From NCBI GenBank assembly GCA_964580075.1, contig CAZOJL010000002.1:6034-70033 (forward strand): DNA of 64,000 nt, given 5' to 3'. Below the pieces are notes generated by a model, which saw only the letters and a list, made by a program, of their open reading frames with translations, made no database searches and had not been told where the DNA came from. The stretch comes from an uncultured Akkermansia sp. (lineage in GTDB: Bacteria; Verrucomicrobiota; Kiritimatiellia; RFP12; JAAYNR01). This document shows, piece after piece, positions 46,792 to 55,942 of the stretch; position 1 is the first letter of the stretch, and each line of letters opens with the position of its first letter. The translations under genes and the position numbers were made by a program.

Positions 46792-47223
46792 ATGAACATC
46801 GAAGAGGTTTCGGCGATCATCGTGGATTGTGGTTACAAATTGCATGTTGAGGTAGGACCTGGCCTTTTGGAAAGCGTGTATGAAGTGGTCCTGGCCAAGA
46901 TGCTGGAACAACGCGGTTTGCGCGTGCGACGACAGGTTCCCGTGCCGATTGAATTAATGGGGTTGACGTTTGACGAAGGGTTTCGCGCGGATTTGATTGT
47001 CCATGATCGGGTGCTGGTGGAGTTGAAGTCGGTAGAAAACCTGGCCCCTGTTCACGGCAAGCAAGTCCTCACTTATCTCCGCCTTTTAAAGATGCCGCTA
47101 GGCTTGTTGATTAATTTTAGCGCCGCAACCTTCAAGGATGGCGTAAAGCGCATCGTCAACCAACATCATGATTTCGCGTCTTCGCGTCTTCGCGTGAACC
47201 AAGCCCTTTCGGAGAATCCATGA
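46792..47223 (+). CDS. GxxExxY-family protein (small PD-(D/E)XK-like nuclease-fold protein)
   Basis: GPGLLESVYE motif, plus DLIVHDRVLVELKSV and LLINF motifs that match the GxxExxY family consensus. GGGGAG Shine-Dalgarno upstream. The ORF continues past the family core to an ATGA overlap with res; the upstream ORF portion (46672-) is the translated hairpin. Confidence 0.65.
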   Translation: MNIEEVSAIIVDCGYKLHVEVGPGLLESVYEVVLAKMLEQRGLRVRRQVPVPIELMGLTFDEGFRADLIVHDRVLVELKSVENLAPVHGKQVLTYLRLLKMPLGLLINFSAATFKDGVKRIVNQHHDFASSRLRVNQALSENP

Positions 47224-49916
47224 AGCCCCAAGTCAACGCCATTGCCGGACGACTGAGTCTGCGCCAGCCCCAACGCCGCGCGTTGGAAATCCTCGACCGC
47301 GTTACGGAGATCGTCCCGCCCAAGAAGGGCGCTGACATCGCAGCCGCCTTGGCGGTCATCCGGTCCGAGTTTCCAACCGTCACCGATTTTGAGCGCGACT
47401 TTCCCTCCCTCTGTTTTGCCCTTGCCACTGGCGTTGGCAAGACGCGCCTCATGGGCGCTTTCATCACCTATCTCTATCAGGCATACGGCATCAACAACTT
47501 TTTCGTCATGGCTCCGAATCTGACGATCTACAACAAGTTGATCACGGACTTCACGCCCAACACCTCCAAGTATGTTTTCAAGGGAATCGCCGAGTTTGCC
47601 ACGGAGCCGCCGGAAATCATCACCGGCGACAACTACGAGGCCAAGGCAGGCACCTTGTTTGACGAGTTGATCCGCTGCCGGGTGAACATCTTCAATATCT
47701 CGAAGATCAACTCCGAAGTCCGAGGCGGCAAGTCGCCGCGCATCAAACGCCTCTCCGAGTACATCGGCGAGAGCTATTTCGAGTACTTGGCCAATCTGCC
47801 CGACCTTGTTCTCGTCATGGATGAATCGCACCGCTACCGGGCCAGCGCGGGCGTGCGGGCAATCAACGAACTCAAGCCCGTCCTGGGGCTGGAACTCACG
47901 GCCACGCCGTTTGTCGAGACCGGGAAGGGGCCTGTAGCGTTCAAGAACGTTATTCAGGATTACCCCCTTGGCAAGGCCATGGCCGATGGCTTTGTAAAGG
48001 AACCGGCCGTTGTCACGCGCAAGAATTTCAACCCGGCCGGCATGACGCCCGAAGCCGTGGAGCGCATGAAACTGGAGGACGGCGTCCGCCTGCACGAGAG
48101 CATCAAGGTGGAACTGGAGACGTACGCGCGCGAAACGGAAAACCGCCTCGTAAAACCGTTTGTCCTGGTCATCGCCCGCGATACCACGCACGCCAAGCAA
48201 CTCGTTGACCTGCTCCAATCCGAAACCTTCTTCGATGGCCGCTACAAGGAGAAGGTCATCCAGGTCGATTCCAGCAAGACCGGCGCCGAAGAAGACGAGA
48301 TGGTTGAGCGCTTGCTCAAGGTCGAGCACACGGACGAACCAACCGAAATTGTGATTCACGTCAACATGCTCAAGGAGGGGTGGGACGTCACCAACCTCTA
48401 CACCATCGTCCCTCTTCGTGCCGCCAATGCCCGCACCCTCATCGAGCAGTCCATCGGCCGCGGCCTGCGCCTGCCATACGGCAAGCGCACAGGCGTCACC
48501 AGCGTGGATCGCCTGAACATCGTAGCCCATGACAAGTTTCAGGAGATCGTGGACGAAGCCAAGAAACCCGGCTCTGCCATCCATCTCCAGCAGGTCATCC
48601 TGGCCGACGACACACTTAGCCAGAAGACCGTCACCATGGTCTCCCAGTCCCAACTCGCCAATCGCCTGGGCCTGACTGTGGATCAACCGACACCCAGCAC
48701 GCTACAACCCGAGGCAGCGGCCAAGCCGATATTTACACAGCCGGAAGAACAGAAGATCGCGCAACTCACCTACGAGGCCATCAAGAGGCTCGAAAGTCAG
48801 CCCACGGCCGTGCCGGGCGTCTCATTCCTGTCGAACCCGGACGTGCAGGCAGCCATTCAAAAGGAAGTGGCAAGCCGGTATCAACCCCCGGTTCAGATGG
48901 AGATGGATGTCGTCACCGCGAAGCCAGACATTGCGGCCATTGTTGCCGCCACGGCAGAACTGGTCATCCAGCAGACTATCGATATTCCCCGAATTCTCGT
49001 GGTGCCCGCCGGCAAGGTCCAATCCGGCTTCAAGCCATTTGTCCTGAAACTGGATACGCTCAATTACCCGCCGGTCTCCGAAGAACTTTGGGCCAAACAC
49101 CTGCGCACCGATCAGGTTGATGTCATCGCCATGGGCAAGGGCGGTACTGAGGAAGAGCGCCTGGAAGACTACGTTGTTTCCGGCTTGGTTGATTTCGACG
49201 ACATCTCATACGACGCGCACGCAGATCTTCTGTACGATCTGGCAGGTCAGGTTGTGCGCCATCTCCGGTCCTACCTCAAGGAAGAAGCGGAGACTCGAAA
49301 GGTTCTCCGGTGTTATCAGCGGGACATCGCCCGGTTTGTCCATGCCCAGATGCAGGAGCACTACTGGGAAGCGGCTACCTCTCTCGACGTGACGATCACC
49401 AAGGGGTTCACCGAACTCAAACGAAGCGCCTACACCACCGATGCCCGAGATCCGGTCAAGGATTATCGGTATTCACTGGCGGACAAGAGCAACATGCCCA
49501 AGCACCTCTTCGGCGGTTTCACAAAATGCCTCTATCCGGTCCAGAAGTTTCAGTCCGACCCGGAGCGCAAGATGGCTGTGATCCTCGAACGCGAATCCGA
49601 CAAATGGTTCCGGCCGGCCAAGGGCCAATTCCAGATCTACTACAAGTCCGGCGCCGAGCAACCCGAATATCAGCCAGACTTCGTGGCCGAGACGGCCGAC
49701 GTCATCTACATGCTCGAACCCAAACGCCGCGACGAGTTGCAGGATGCCGACGTGCAGGCCAAGAAAGCCGTTGCTGAAATCTGGTGCCAGCACGCCACCG
49801 CACACGCCAAGACCTACAACGGCAAGCCCTGGCAATACCTCCTCATCCCCCACGACGCCATCGCCGACAACATGACGCTCGAAGGGCTCGCCGCCCTGTT
49901 CAAGGACAACGAATGA
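47220..49916 (+). CDS. Type III restriction enzyme Res subunit (SF2 helicase-nuclease)
   Basis: Helicase motif I ALATGVGKTR, motif II LVLVMDESHRY, a helicase C region, and a C-terminal endonuclease region. ~900 aa, positioned with mod. Confidence 0.85.
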   Translation: MKPQVNAIAGRLSLRQPQRRALEILDRVTEIVPPKKGADIAAALAVIRSEFPTVTDFERDFPSLCFALATGVGKTRLMGAFITYLYQAYGINNFFVMAPNLTIYNKLITDFTPNTSKYVFKGIAEFATEPPEIITGDNYEAKAGTLFDELIRCRVNIFNISKINSEVRGGKSPRIKRLSEYIGESYFEYLANLPDLVLVMDESHRYRASAGVRAINELKPVLGLELTATPFVETGKGPVAFKNVIQDYPLGKAMADGFVKEPAVVTRKNFNPAGMTPEAVERMKLEDGVRLHESIKVELETYARETENRLVKPFVLVIARDTTHAKQLVDLLQSETFFDGRYKEKVIQVDSSKTGAEEDEMVERLLKVEHTDEPTEIVIHVNMLKEGWDVTNLYTIVPLRAANARTLIEQSIGRGLRLPYGKRTGVTSVDRLNIVAHDKFQEIVDEAKKPGSAIHLQQVILADDTLSQKTVTMVSQSQLANRLGLTVDQPTPSTLQPEAAAKPIFTQPEEQKIAQLTYEAIKRLESQPTAVPGVSFLSNPDVQAAIQKEVASRYQPPVQMEMDVVTAKPDIAAIVAATAELVIQQTIDIPRILVVPAGKVQSGFKPFVLKLDTLNYPPVSEELWAKHLRTDQVDVIAMGKGGTEEERLEDYVVSGLVDFDDISYDAHADLLYDLAGQVVRHLRSYLKEEAETRKVLRCYQRDIARFVHAQMQEHYWEAATSLDVTITKGFTELKRSAYTTDARDPVKDYRYSLADKSNMPKHLFGGFTKCLYPVQKFQSDPERKMAVILERESDKWFRPAKGQFQIYYKSGAEQPEYQPDFVAETADVIYMLEPKRRDELQDADVQAKKAVAEIWCQHATAHAKTYNGKPWQYLLIPHDAIADNMTLEGLAALFKDNE

Positions 49917-49954
49917 GAGCGAGATCTAAAGAATCTCCTTGATGTGGAGCGCAT

Positions 49955-50055
49955 TCTTTTTCGTCGATTTCGGTCCCGATCCCGATCCCGATCCCAATCC
50001 CGATTTGGATCCCGATAGCGGCTGCCAGTGTTAGAATTGCTGGTATGGGCAGTGT
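49955..50055. repeat. Reverse-orientation copy of the intergenic repeat family: (GATCCC)n tandems plus the exact 46-mer at 49997-50042
   Basis: Reverse complement of 49997-50042 equals 5749-5794 at 46 of 46 positions. Confidence 0.75.
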
Positions 50056-50085
50056 GTGGCATTGCCTTCAGTCCGAATCTTCGCT

Positions 50086-51291
50086 ATGATCTCCCGCACA
50101 TACGCCATGGCACGTGATCAAACAAATCAAACGGAGCGGCTCGAGAAGTTTCTCGTCCGCCTGATCCAGCAGCCGGGGGCCGACCAGGGACACACCGGGT
50201 CGATCCGGCTGTTGCTGGCGTTTTTGAAAGGGCTGGCGCATCTTTTCCGCGGCGCGGTGCAGACGCGCCTGTGTTTTTATGAGGCGGGTATCTTGCGCCG
50301 TTATCCCCTGGGGTGCCAGGTGATCAGCGTGGGGAACATCACGGCGGGCGGGACGGGCAAGACCCCGGTGGTGGAGATCTTCGCCCGCGAACTTCATAAG
50401 TCGGGACGGAAAGTCGCCATCCTCAGCCGTGGCTACCGCAAGAAGGAATTGCCGTGGTATCAGCGGGTCTTCAGAGAAACCCTCGAACCGCCGCGGGTCG
50501 TGAGCGACGGTCACCACCTGTTGCTCGACAGTGAGATGGGCGGGGACGAGCCCTACATGCTGGCGTCCAACCTGCCGGGCGTGGTGGTGCTGGTCGACCG
50601 CAACCGCGTCAAGAGCGGGCGTTACGCGATCAAAACGTTCGGGTGTGACACGCTCGTGCTCGACGACGGCTTTCAGTATCAGAAGCTCAAGCACCGGCTC
50701 GAATTGGTGCTGATCGACAAGACCAACCCCTTTGGCAACGGCAATGTTCTGCCGCGCGGTGTATTGCGCGAACCGGTGCGCAACCTGAATCGGGCGGACT
50801 TTATCTTCATCACCAAGTCTGACGGGAAGTCGGATGCGCTGCGCGCCCGGATCCGCGAGTTGAACGACCACGCCGAAATCATCGAATGCTGTCATCGGCC
50901 CCAATACCTGCGCAACGCTTACAGCCAGGAGACGTTGCCCCTTTCGTGGTTGGACGGCAAGAAGGCCGCCGCCCTCTCCGGGATTGCGGTGCCGCAAAGT
51001 TTCGAAGGTTTTCTGCGCGGCATGGGGGCGCGATTGGTGGCGTGCGACCGCTTTGCCGACCATCACCGGTACGAGGCGCAAGAGATCATTGACGCCGTGA
51101 ACCGGGCGGATGAACTGGGGGCCTGCGCGTTGATCACGACCGAGAAGGACGCCGTACGGCTGCCGCGGCTGGCGAGTTCGGCCGTGCCGGTCTACTACTT
51201 GCGGGTGGAGATCGAGATCCTCTCCGGGGCCGAGAATTTCCACGAAGCGGTCCGGCATATCTGCACGCACGGGGCGCGGAAAGGGGCGTAG
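50086..51291 (+). CDS. lpxK: Tetraacyldisaccharide 4'-kinase
   Basis: [16 protein letters not shown]-loop and SRGYRKK motifs. Start ambiguous (50056, 50086 or 50107). Confidence 0.75.
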   Translation: MISRTYAMARDQTNQTERLEKFLVRLIQQPGADQGHTGSIRLLLAFLKGLAHLFRGAVQTRLCFYEAGILRRYPLGCQVISVGNITAGGTGKTPVVEIFARELHKSGRKVAILSRGYRKKELPWYQRVFRETLEPPRVVSDGHHLLLDSEMGGDEPYMLASNLPGVVVLVDRNRVKSGRYAIKTFGCDTLVLDDGFQYQKLKHRLELVLIDKTNPFGNGNVLPRGVLREPVRNLNRADFIFITKSDGKSDALRARIRELNDHAEIIECCHRPQYLRNAYSQETLPLSWLDGKKAAALSGIAVPQSFEGFLRGMGARLVACDRFADHHRYEAQEIIDAVNRADELGACALITTEKDAVRLPRLASSAVPVYYLRVEIEILSGAENFHEAVRHICTHGARKGA

Positions 51292-51292
51292 C

Positions 51293-52879
51293 ATGAGTGC
51301 CGGTGCGCCGTCGGTGTTGCGTGCGGTGTTGAAAGTGGCGGGAGGCACGGCCGTCAGCCGGGTCATGGGGCTGGTGCGCGAAGTGCTGATGGCGCGATTT
51401 TTCGGCACGTCCGTGCAGGGGTCGGCCTTCGTCGTGGCCTTCCGCATTCCGAATCTTTTCCGCAAGTTGTTCGGCGAGGGGGCGTTGTCTTCCGCCTTCA
51501 TTCCGGCCTACGCCGATGCCGTGTCACGCGAGGGTCAGGCTGGCGGCGACCGGTTGCTCTCCCGAACCGCGGGTTTTATCGTGGCGGTGTTGGGCGTCGT
51601 CGCCGCGCTGGGCGTGTTGGCGACGTTCCCGCTGCAGGCATGGGTGGCCACCCGTCCGCGGTTCGCGGCATTCCTTCCGATCTTGCCGCTGCTGCGGATC
51701 ATGCTTCCTTACGCGCCGCTGATCTGCGTCGCGGCCTTGGCCATGGGCGCGCTCAATGTCTTGCGGGCCTTCTGGGTGCCGGCGCTGGCGCCGGCGCTGT
51801 TGAACGTCATTTGGATCCTGGCGCTTGTCGCGGTGTGTCCCTGGCTCGCTGACGATCCGGGGGTGCGCATCCGCCTCGTGGCTTGGGCGGTGCTGCTGGC
51901 GGGTGTGGCGCAGGCGCTGTTTCAACTGGCGGCGTTGCGGCGACTGGGCGTGCGTGTTGTTCCCGACTTCCGCTGGTGGGGCGATGCGCAGGTCTTGGCG
52001 GTCCTGCGGCGCGCCATGCCGCTGGCGCTCGCGTCCGGTGTGGTTCAGGTAAACCTGTGCGTGGACGGGCTGTTGGCGATGTGGGCCGGAAGCTGGGCGC
52101 CTGCGGCGCTGGAGTATGCCGACCGTCTGGTCTACCTGCCGCTCGGTCTGGTGGGAACGGCTTTTGCCACGGTCCTCCTGCCGACGTTCGCCACGCAGGC
52201 GTCGGCGGCGGATGTCGCCGGAATTCCGAAGACGCTCGAGCGGGCGTTGCGCAATATTGGCCTGCTGATGGCGCCTGCCGCCGCCGGGTTGTTGGTGCTG
52301 GCGCTCCCGATCGTGCAACTGGTCTACCTGCATTCGGGCGGTCGGTTTGATGCCGAATCGGCCGTCCAGTGCGCGCGCGCGCTGGCGGGATATGCCCCGG
52401 GCCTGTTGGTGTTCTGCGTCCACAAGGCGATCGTGCCGGCATTTTATGCCTTGGGCGACACCGTCACGCCGGTTCGCGTGAGCATGGGCGCGGTGGCGGC
52501 CAATCTGGTGATGAACGTCGTTTTCGTGATGACCTGGCCGGCGGGCTGGAAACATGTCGGCATCGCGGTCTCCACGGTTTTGTCGAGCCTGATGTCGGTG
52601 GCGATGCTGGTTTGGATGTTACGGCGCAGCGGCTACGCGCTTCAGCTTCGCGCATTGGTGACACCCTATGGCCGTGCGCTGGGGGCTGCCTGCCTGATGG
52701 CCGCAGCAGCCTTCCTGCTGCATGCGCGACTGGCCGGGATGCTGCTGCCCTGGGGCAAGACGGGGGAGATGGTGGCGGTCGGCGTGACCCTCGCGGCGGC
52801 GGCGGCGTTTTATGCCGGACTTGTCTGGGTGCTCTGCCGTGAGGCGGTGCGCGAGCTGTGGCACGGGTGCCGCACATGA
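51293..52879 (+). CDS. murJ: Lipid II flippase MurJ (MviN)
   Basis: GLVREVLMARFFGTS N-terminal signature and ~14 transmembrane segments. Confidence 0.85.
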   Translation: MSAGAPSVLRAVLKVAGGTAVSRVMGLVREVLMARFFGTSVQGSAFVVAFRIPNLFRKLFGEGALSSAFIPAYADAVSREGQAGGDRLLSRTAGFIVAVLGVVAALGVLATFPLQAWVATRPRFAAFLPILPLLRIMLPYAPLICVAALAMGALNVLRAFWVPALAPALLNVIWILALVAVCPWLADDPGVRIRLVAWAVLLAGVAQALFQLAALRRLGVRVVPDFRWWGDAQVLAVLRRAMPLALASGVVQVNLCVDGLLAMWAGSWAPAALEYADRLVYLPLGLVGTAFATVLLPTFATQASAADVAGIPKTLERALRNIGLLMAPAAAGLLVLALPIVQLVYLHSGGRFDAESAVQCARALAGYAPGLLVFCVHKAIVPAFYALGDTVTPVRVSMGAVAANLVMNVVFVMTWPAGWKHVGIAVSTVLSSLMSVAMLVWMLRRSGYALQLRALVTPYGRALGAACLMAAAAFLLHARLAGMLLPWGKTGEMVAVGVTLAAAAAFYAGLVWVLCREAVRELWHGCRT

Positions 52880-52883
52880 AACG

Positions 52884-53969
52884 ATGGGTGACATGAACGT
52901 AGTGGTGGCTTGCGGCGGGACAGGCGGACATGTCTTCCCGGGTTTGACGACGGCCCGTGCGTTGCGGGCGCGGGGGCATGCCGTGACGGTCTGGCTTTCG
53001 GGCCGCGCCGTGGAGGATGCGGCGCTGCCCGCGTGGGACGGTCCGGTCTGGCGTACGGGTGCGCGGCCGTTGCGCCCGACGGCGTTTCCCGCGATCTTCG
53101 CTTCGGTCGTCCGCTGTGTGCGGCACCTGCGCCGCGAACGGCCGGACCGGATGTTGGCGATGGGCAGCTATGCGAGTCTACCGCCGACGGTGGCGGCTTG
53201 GCTGTGCGGCGTGCCGGTGGTGTTGCACGAGGCAAACGCGGTTCCGGGGCAGGCGGTGGACTGGCTGTCGCGTCTGGCGCGGGTGACGGCCGTGAGCTTT
53301 CCGGGGACGGAGGCGGCGCTTCCCGGTCGGCGCGTGGTTCTGACCGGGCTGCCGGTGCGGCGCGAACTCGCCGCGTCGCGGCGCCCGGAGAGGAAAATGC
53401 CCGGATTTACGGTTCTGGTGACGGGCGGGAGCCAGGGCGCGCATGCGGTGAACGAGCTGAGCTGCGACGCGCTCTGCCGACTGGCCACGGACGGGGTTCC
53501 GGAATTGCGGGTGATTCACCAAAGCGGCGCGGCCGACGCTGCGGGGTTGCGTGCGCGTTATGCGGCAACCGGGGTGGATGCATCCGTCGCGTCGTTTATC
53601 CGCGACATGGGGGCGGCCTATGCCGATGCCGATGTCGCGGTGTGCCGTGCGGGCGCCGTCACGTGCGCCGAGTTGTGTCTGTGCGGGGTGCCGGCGGTGC
53701 TGATCCCGCTCCCGGGTGCGGTGCGCGACCATCAGCGGCTGAATGCGGCCGTCCTCGCCCAATCCGGCGGTGCGGTGCTGGCCGGGCAGGGGGATCTGAC
53801 GGCTGACAAACTGGCCGACATCCTGCGTGGCCTGGCGGGCGACCGGCCGCGCCTGGCAGCCATGGCTGAGGCGCTGCGGCGACTGGCTGTTCCCGACGCC
53901 GATGACCAGCTTGCCGATTGCGTGATGGGCGCCTGGAGCGCACCCGAAAAATTAATAGCCGGAGCGTGA
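52884..53969 (+). CDS. murG: Undecaprenyldiphospho-muramoylpentapeptide beta-N-acetylglucosaminyltransferase
   Basis: GGTGGHVFPGL motif and a GT28 C-terminal domain (VTGGSQGA). Confidence 0.85.
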   Translation: MGDMNVVVACGGTGGHVFPGLTTARALRARGHAVTVWLSGRAVEDAALPAWDGPVWRTGARPLRPTAFPAIFASVVRCVRHLRRERPDRMLAMGSYASLPPTVAAWLCGVPVVLHEANAVPGQAVDWLSRLARVTAVSFPGTEAALPGRRVVLTGLPVRRELAASRRPERKMPGFTVLVTGGSQGAHAVNELSCDALCRLATDGVPELRVIHQSGAADAAGLRARYAATGVDASVASFIRDMGAAYADADVAVCRAGAVTCAELCLCGVPAVLIPLPGAVRDHQRLNAAVLAQSGGAVLAGQGDLTADKLADILRGLAGDRPRLAAMAEALRRLAVPDADDQLADCVMGAWSAPEKLIAGA

Positions 53970-54055
53970 CAATCGCAACGGAAAACGGTAACATCACAAA
54001 CTCAGGACCGTAAATCGCCCGCAGACCTTGATAGTGACCGGAATGTGCTTCGCCT

Positions 54056-55870
54056 ATGGAATACAGCATTGAAAATACACGTAATTTCTGCATCATCGCC
54101 CATATCGATCATGGCAAGACGACGCTTTCCGACCGCATTCTGGAACTGACCCATACGATTGAGTCCCGCCAGATGCGCGAGCAGACGCTCGACGCGATGG
54201 ATCTCGAACGCGAACGCGGCATTACCATCAAATGCCATCCCGTCTCCATGAACTATACGGGGCGGGACGGTAGGCTGTACCGTTTCAACCTGATTGACAC
54301 CCCCGGACACGTTGACTTCGCCTACGAGGTCTCCCGGAGCATGGGCGCCTGCGAGGGGGCGATCCTCGTGGTGGATGCGTGTCAGGGCGTCGAGGCCCAG
54401 ACCGTCGCCAACGCCTATCTGGCGATCGACGCCGGATTGGATATCATTCCGGTGCTGAACAAAGTTGACCTGCCCGGCGCGGATGTGGACGAGGTTTCGA
54501 AGCAGGTGGAGGATGTGCTGGGCATCAGCATGGAACACCCGTTGCTGATCAGCGCCAAGACGGGGGTCAACGTGCCCGACGTGCTGGAGGCGGTCGTCTC
54601 GCGCCTCCGCCCGCCCAAAACCCGCGGCATCGCGGCCCCGTTGCGGGCGCTGGTGTTCGATTCGGTTTTTGACGCGTTTCGAGGGGTGATCCCGTACGTG
54701 CGCGTGGTGGACGGCTGCATCAAGGCGGGGGATATGGTGTGCTTCCTCAGCAACGGTGTACAGACGCAGGTGCGCGAAGTCGGTGTTTTCAGCCCCGTCC
54801 AGAAGTCGCTAGCGGTCCTTGAAGCGGGGCAGGTTGGTTATCTCGTCGGCACCATCCGCGATCCGCACGATGTAAAGACCGGTGACACCTTGACCACGGT
54901 CAAGGACGGTTCGACGGACGCGCTTCCGGGCTATAAAGAGGTGCGCCCGATGGTGTTCAGCGGCCTCTACCCGGTCAGCACGGATGAGTACGAGAAGGTG
55001 CGATCGGGTCTCGACAAGCTGCATTTGAACGATGCCGCATTCACCTTTCACCCCGAAAGTTCCGTGGCCCTCGGGTTTGGCTTCCGGTGCGGATTTCTGG
55101 GGTTGCTGCACATGGAGATCGTGCAGGAGCGTCTCCGCCGTGAATTCGACTTGGATATCATCAGCACCCATCCGGCGGTGGTTTACAAGATCTTTATGAG
55201 CAATGGCGTGGTGGATGAGATTGACAATCCGACGCGGATGCCCGACGTTACCCGAATCGACCATATTGAAGAGCCGATCATCAAGGCCACGATTATCACA
55301 CCCAGCACCTACATCGGCGACATCATGCGCCTGGTGATGGATCGGCGCGGCGAGATGCAGGCCACGGAAAGCCTTGACGCCAAGCGGGTGATCATGACCT
55401 GTATGCTGCCGCTCAACGAGATCCTGATCGATTTTCATGATACGCTCAAGAGTATCAGCCGCGGCTATGCCTCGATGGACTATGAACCGATTGGTTACCA
55501 GACCAGCGAGATCGTCAAAATGGACATCTTGCTCAACGGTGAGATTGTGGACGCCTTTTCCTGCATGGTGCATAAGGACAAGGCGGTATATCGCGGCCGC
55601 CAGATCTGCAAGGCGTTGAGCGCGGAGATACCCCCGCACATGTTCAAGATTCCGGTGCAGGCCACGCTGGGTCGCAATATCATCGCACGTGAAGACATTC
55701 GCCCCTTCCGCAAAGATGTGACGGCCAAGCTCTACGGCGGCGATGTCACGCGCAAGCAGAAGTTGTTGCGGAAGCAGGCCGAAGGCAAGAAGCGGATGAA
55801 GGAATTCGGAACGGTCAGGGTGCCGCAGTCTGCATTCATCGCCGTCTTGAAAGGCGGCGGAGAAGCGTAG
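54056..55870 (+). CDS. lepA: Elongation factor 4
   Basis: IRNFCIIAHIDHGKTTLSDR G1 motif and the LepA-specific C-terminal domain. Confidence 0.95.
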   Translation: MEYSIENTRNFCIIAHIDHGKTTLSDRILELTHTIESRQMREQTLDAMDLERERGITIKCHPVSMNYTGRDGRLYRFNLIDTPGHVDFAYEVSRSMGACEGAILVVDACQGVEAQTVANAYLAIDAGLDIIPVLNKVDLPGADVDEVSKQVEDVLGISMEHPLLISAKTGVNVPDVLEAVVSRLRPPKTRGIAAPLRALVFDSVFDAFRGVIPYVRVVDGCIKAGDMVCFLSNGVQTQVREVGVFSPVQKSLAVLEAGQVGYLVGTIRDPHDVKTGDTLTTVKDGSTDALPGYKEVRPMVFSGLYPVSTDEYEKVRSGLDKLHLNDAAFTFHPESSVALGFGFRCGFLGLLHMEIVQERLRREFDLDIISTHPAVVYKIFMSNGVVDEIDNPTRMPDVTRIDHIEEPIIKATIITPSTYIGDIMRLVMDRRGEMQATESLDAKRVIMTCMLPLNEILIDFHDTLKSISRGYASMDYEPIGYQTSEIVKMDILLNGEIVDAFSCMVHKDKAVYRGRQICKALSAEIPPHMFKIPVQATLGRNIIAREDIRPFRKDVTAKLYGGDVTRKQKLLRKQAEGKKRMKEFGTVRVPQSAFIAVLKGGGEA

Positions 55871-55942
55871 GCGAGGAGGGCCCCGCGCCCTCCCGTGTTG
55901 TAAATGAGGGCGTGGGCTTTCGTGTCCCCGAAGGAATGGATT

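Noticed and set aside
50010-50045. Sigma54-type promoter (TGGCA..TTGC) reading of the repeat core 'ctggcagcc' / 'tgccagtgttagaattgctgg'
   Set aside because: The GG and GC elements are not at the required -24 and -12 spacing in either orientation. The repeat also occurs in both orientations relative to downstream genes.
35940-50060. The inverted 46-mer copies as terminal inverted repeats of a composite transposon carrying the defence island
   Set aside because: No transposase, integrase or target-site duplication is visible. The left copy is degenerate, and a third identical copy sits 30 kb away upstream of ftsH. A dispersed REP/MITE-like repeat family that marks a recombination hotspot explains the data better, although mobility by repeat-mediated recombination cannot be excluded.
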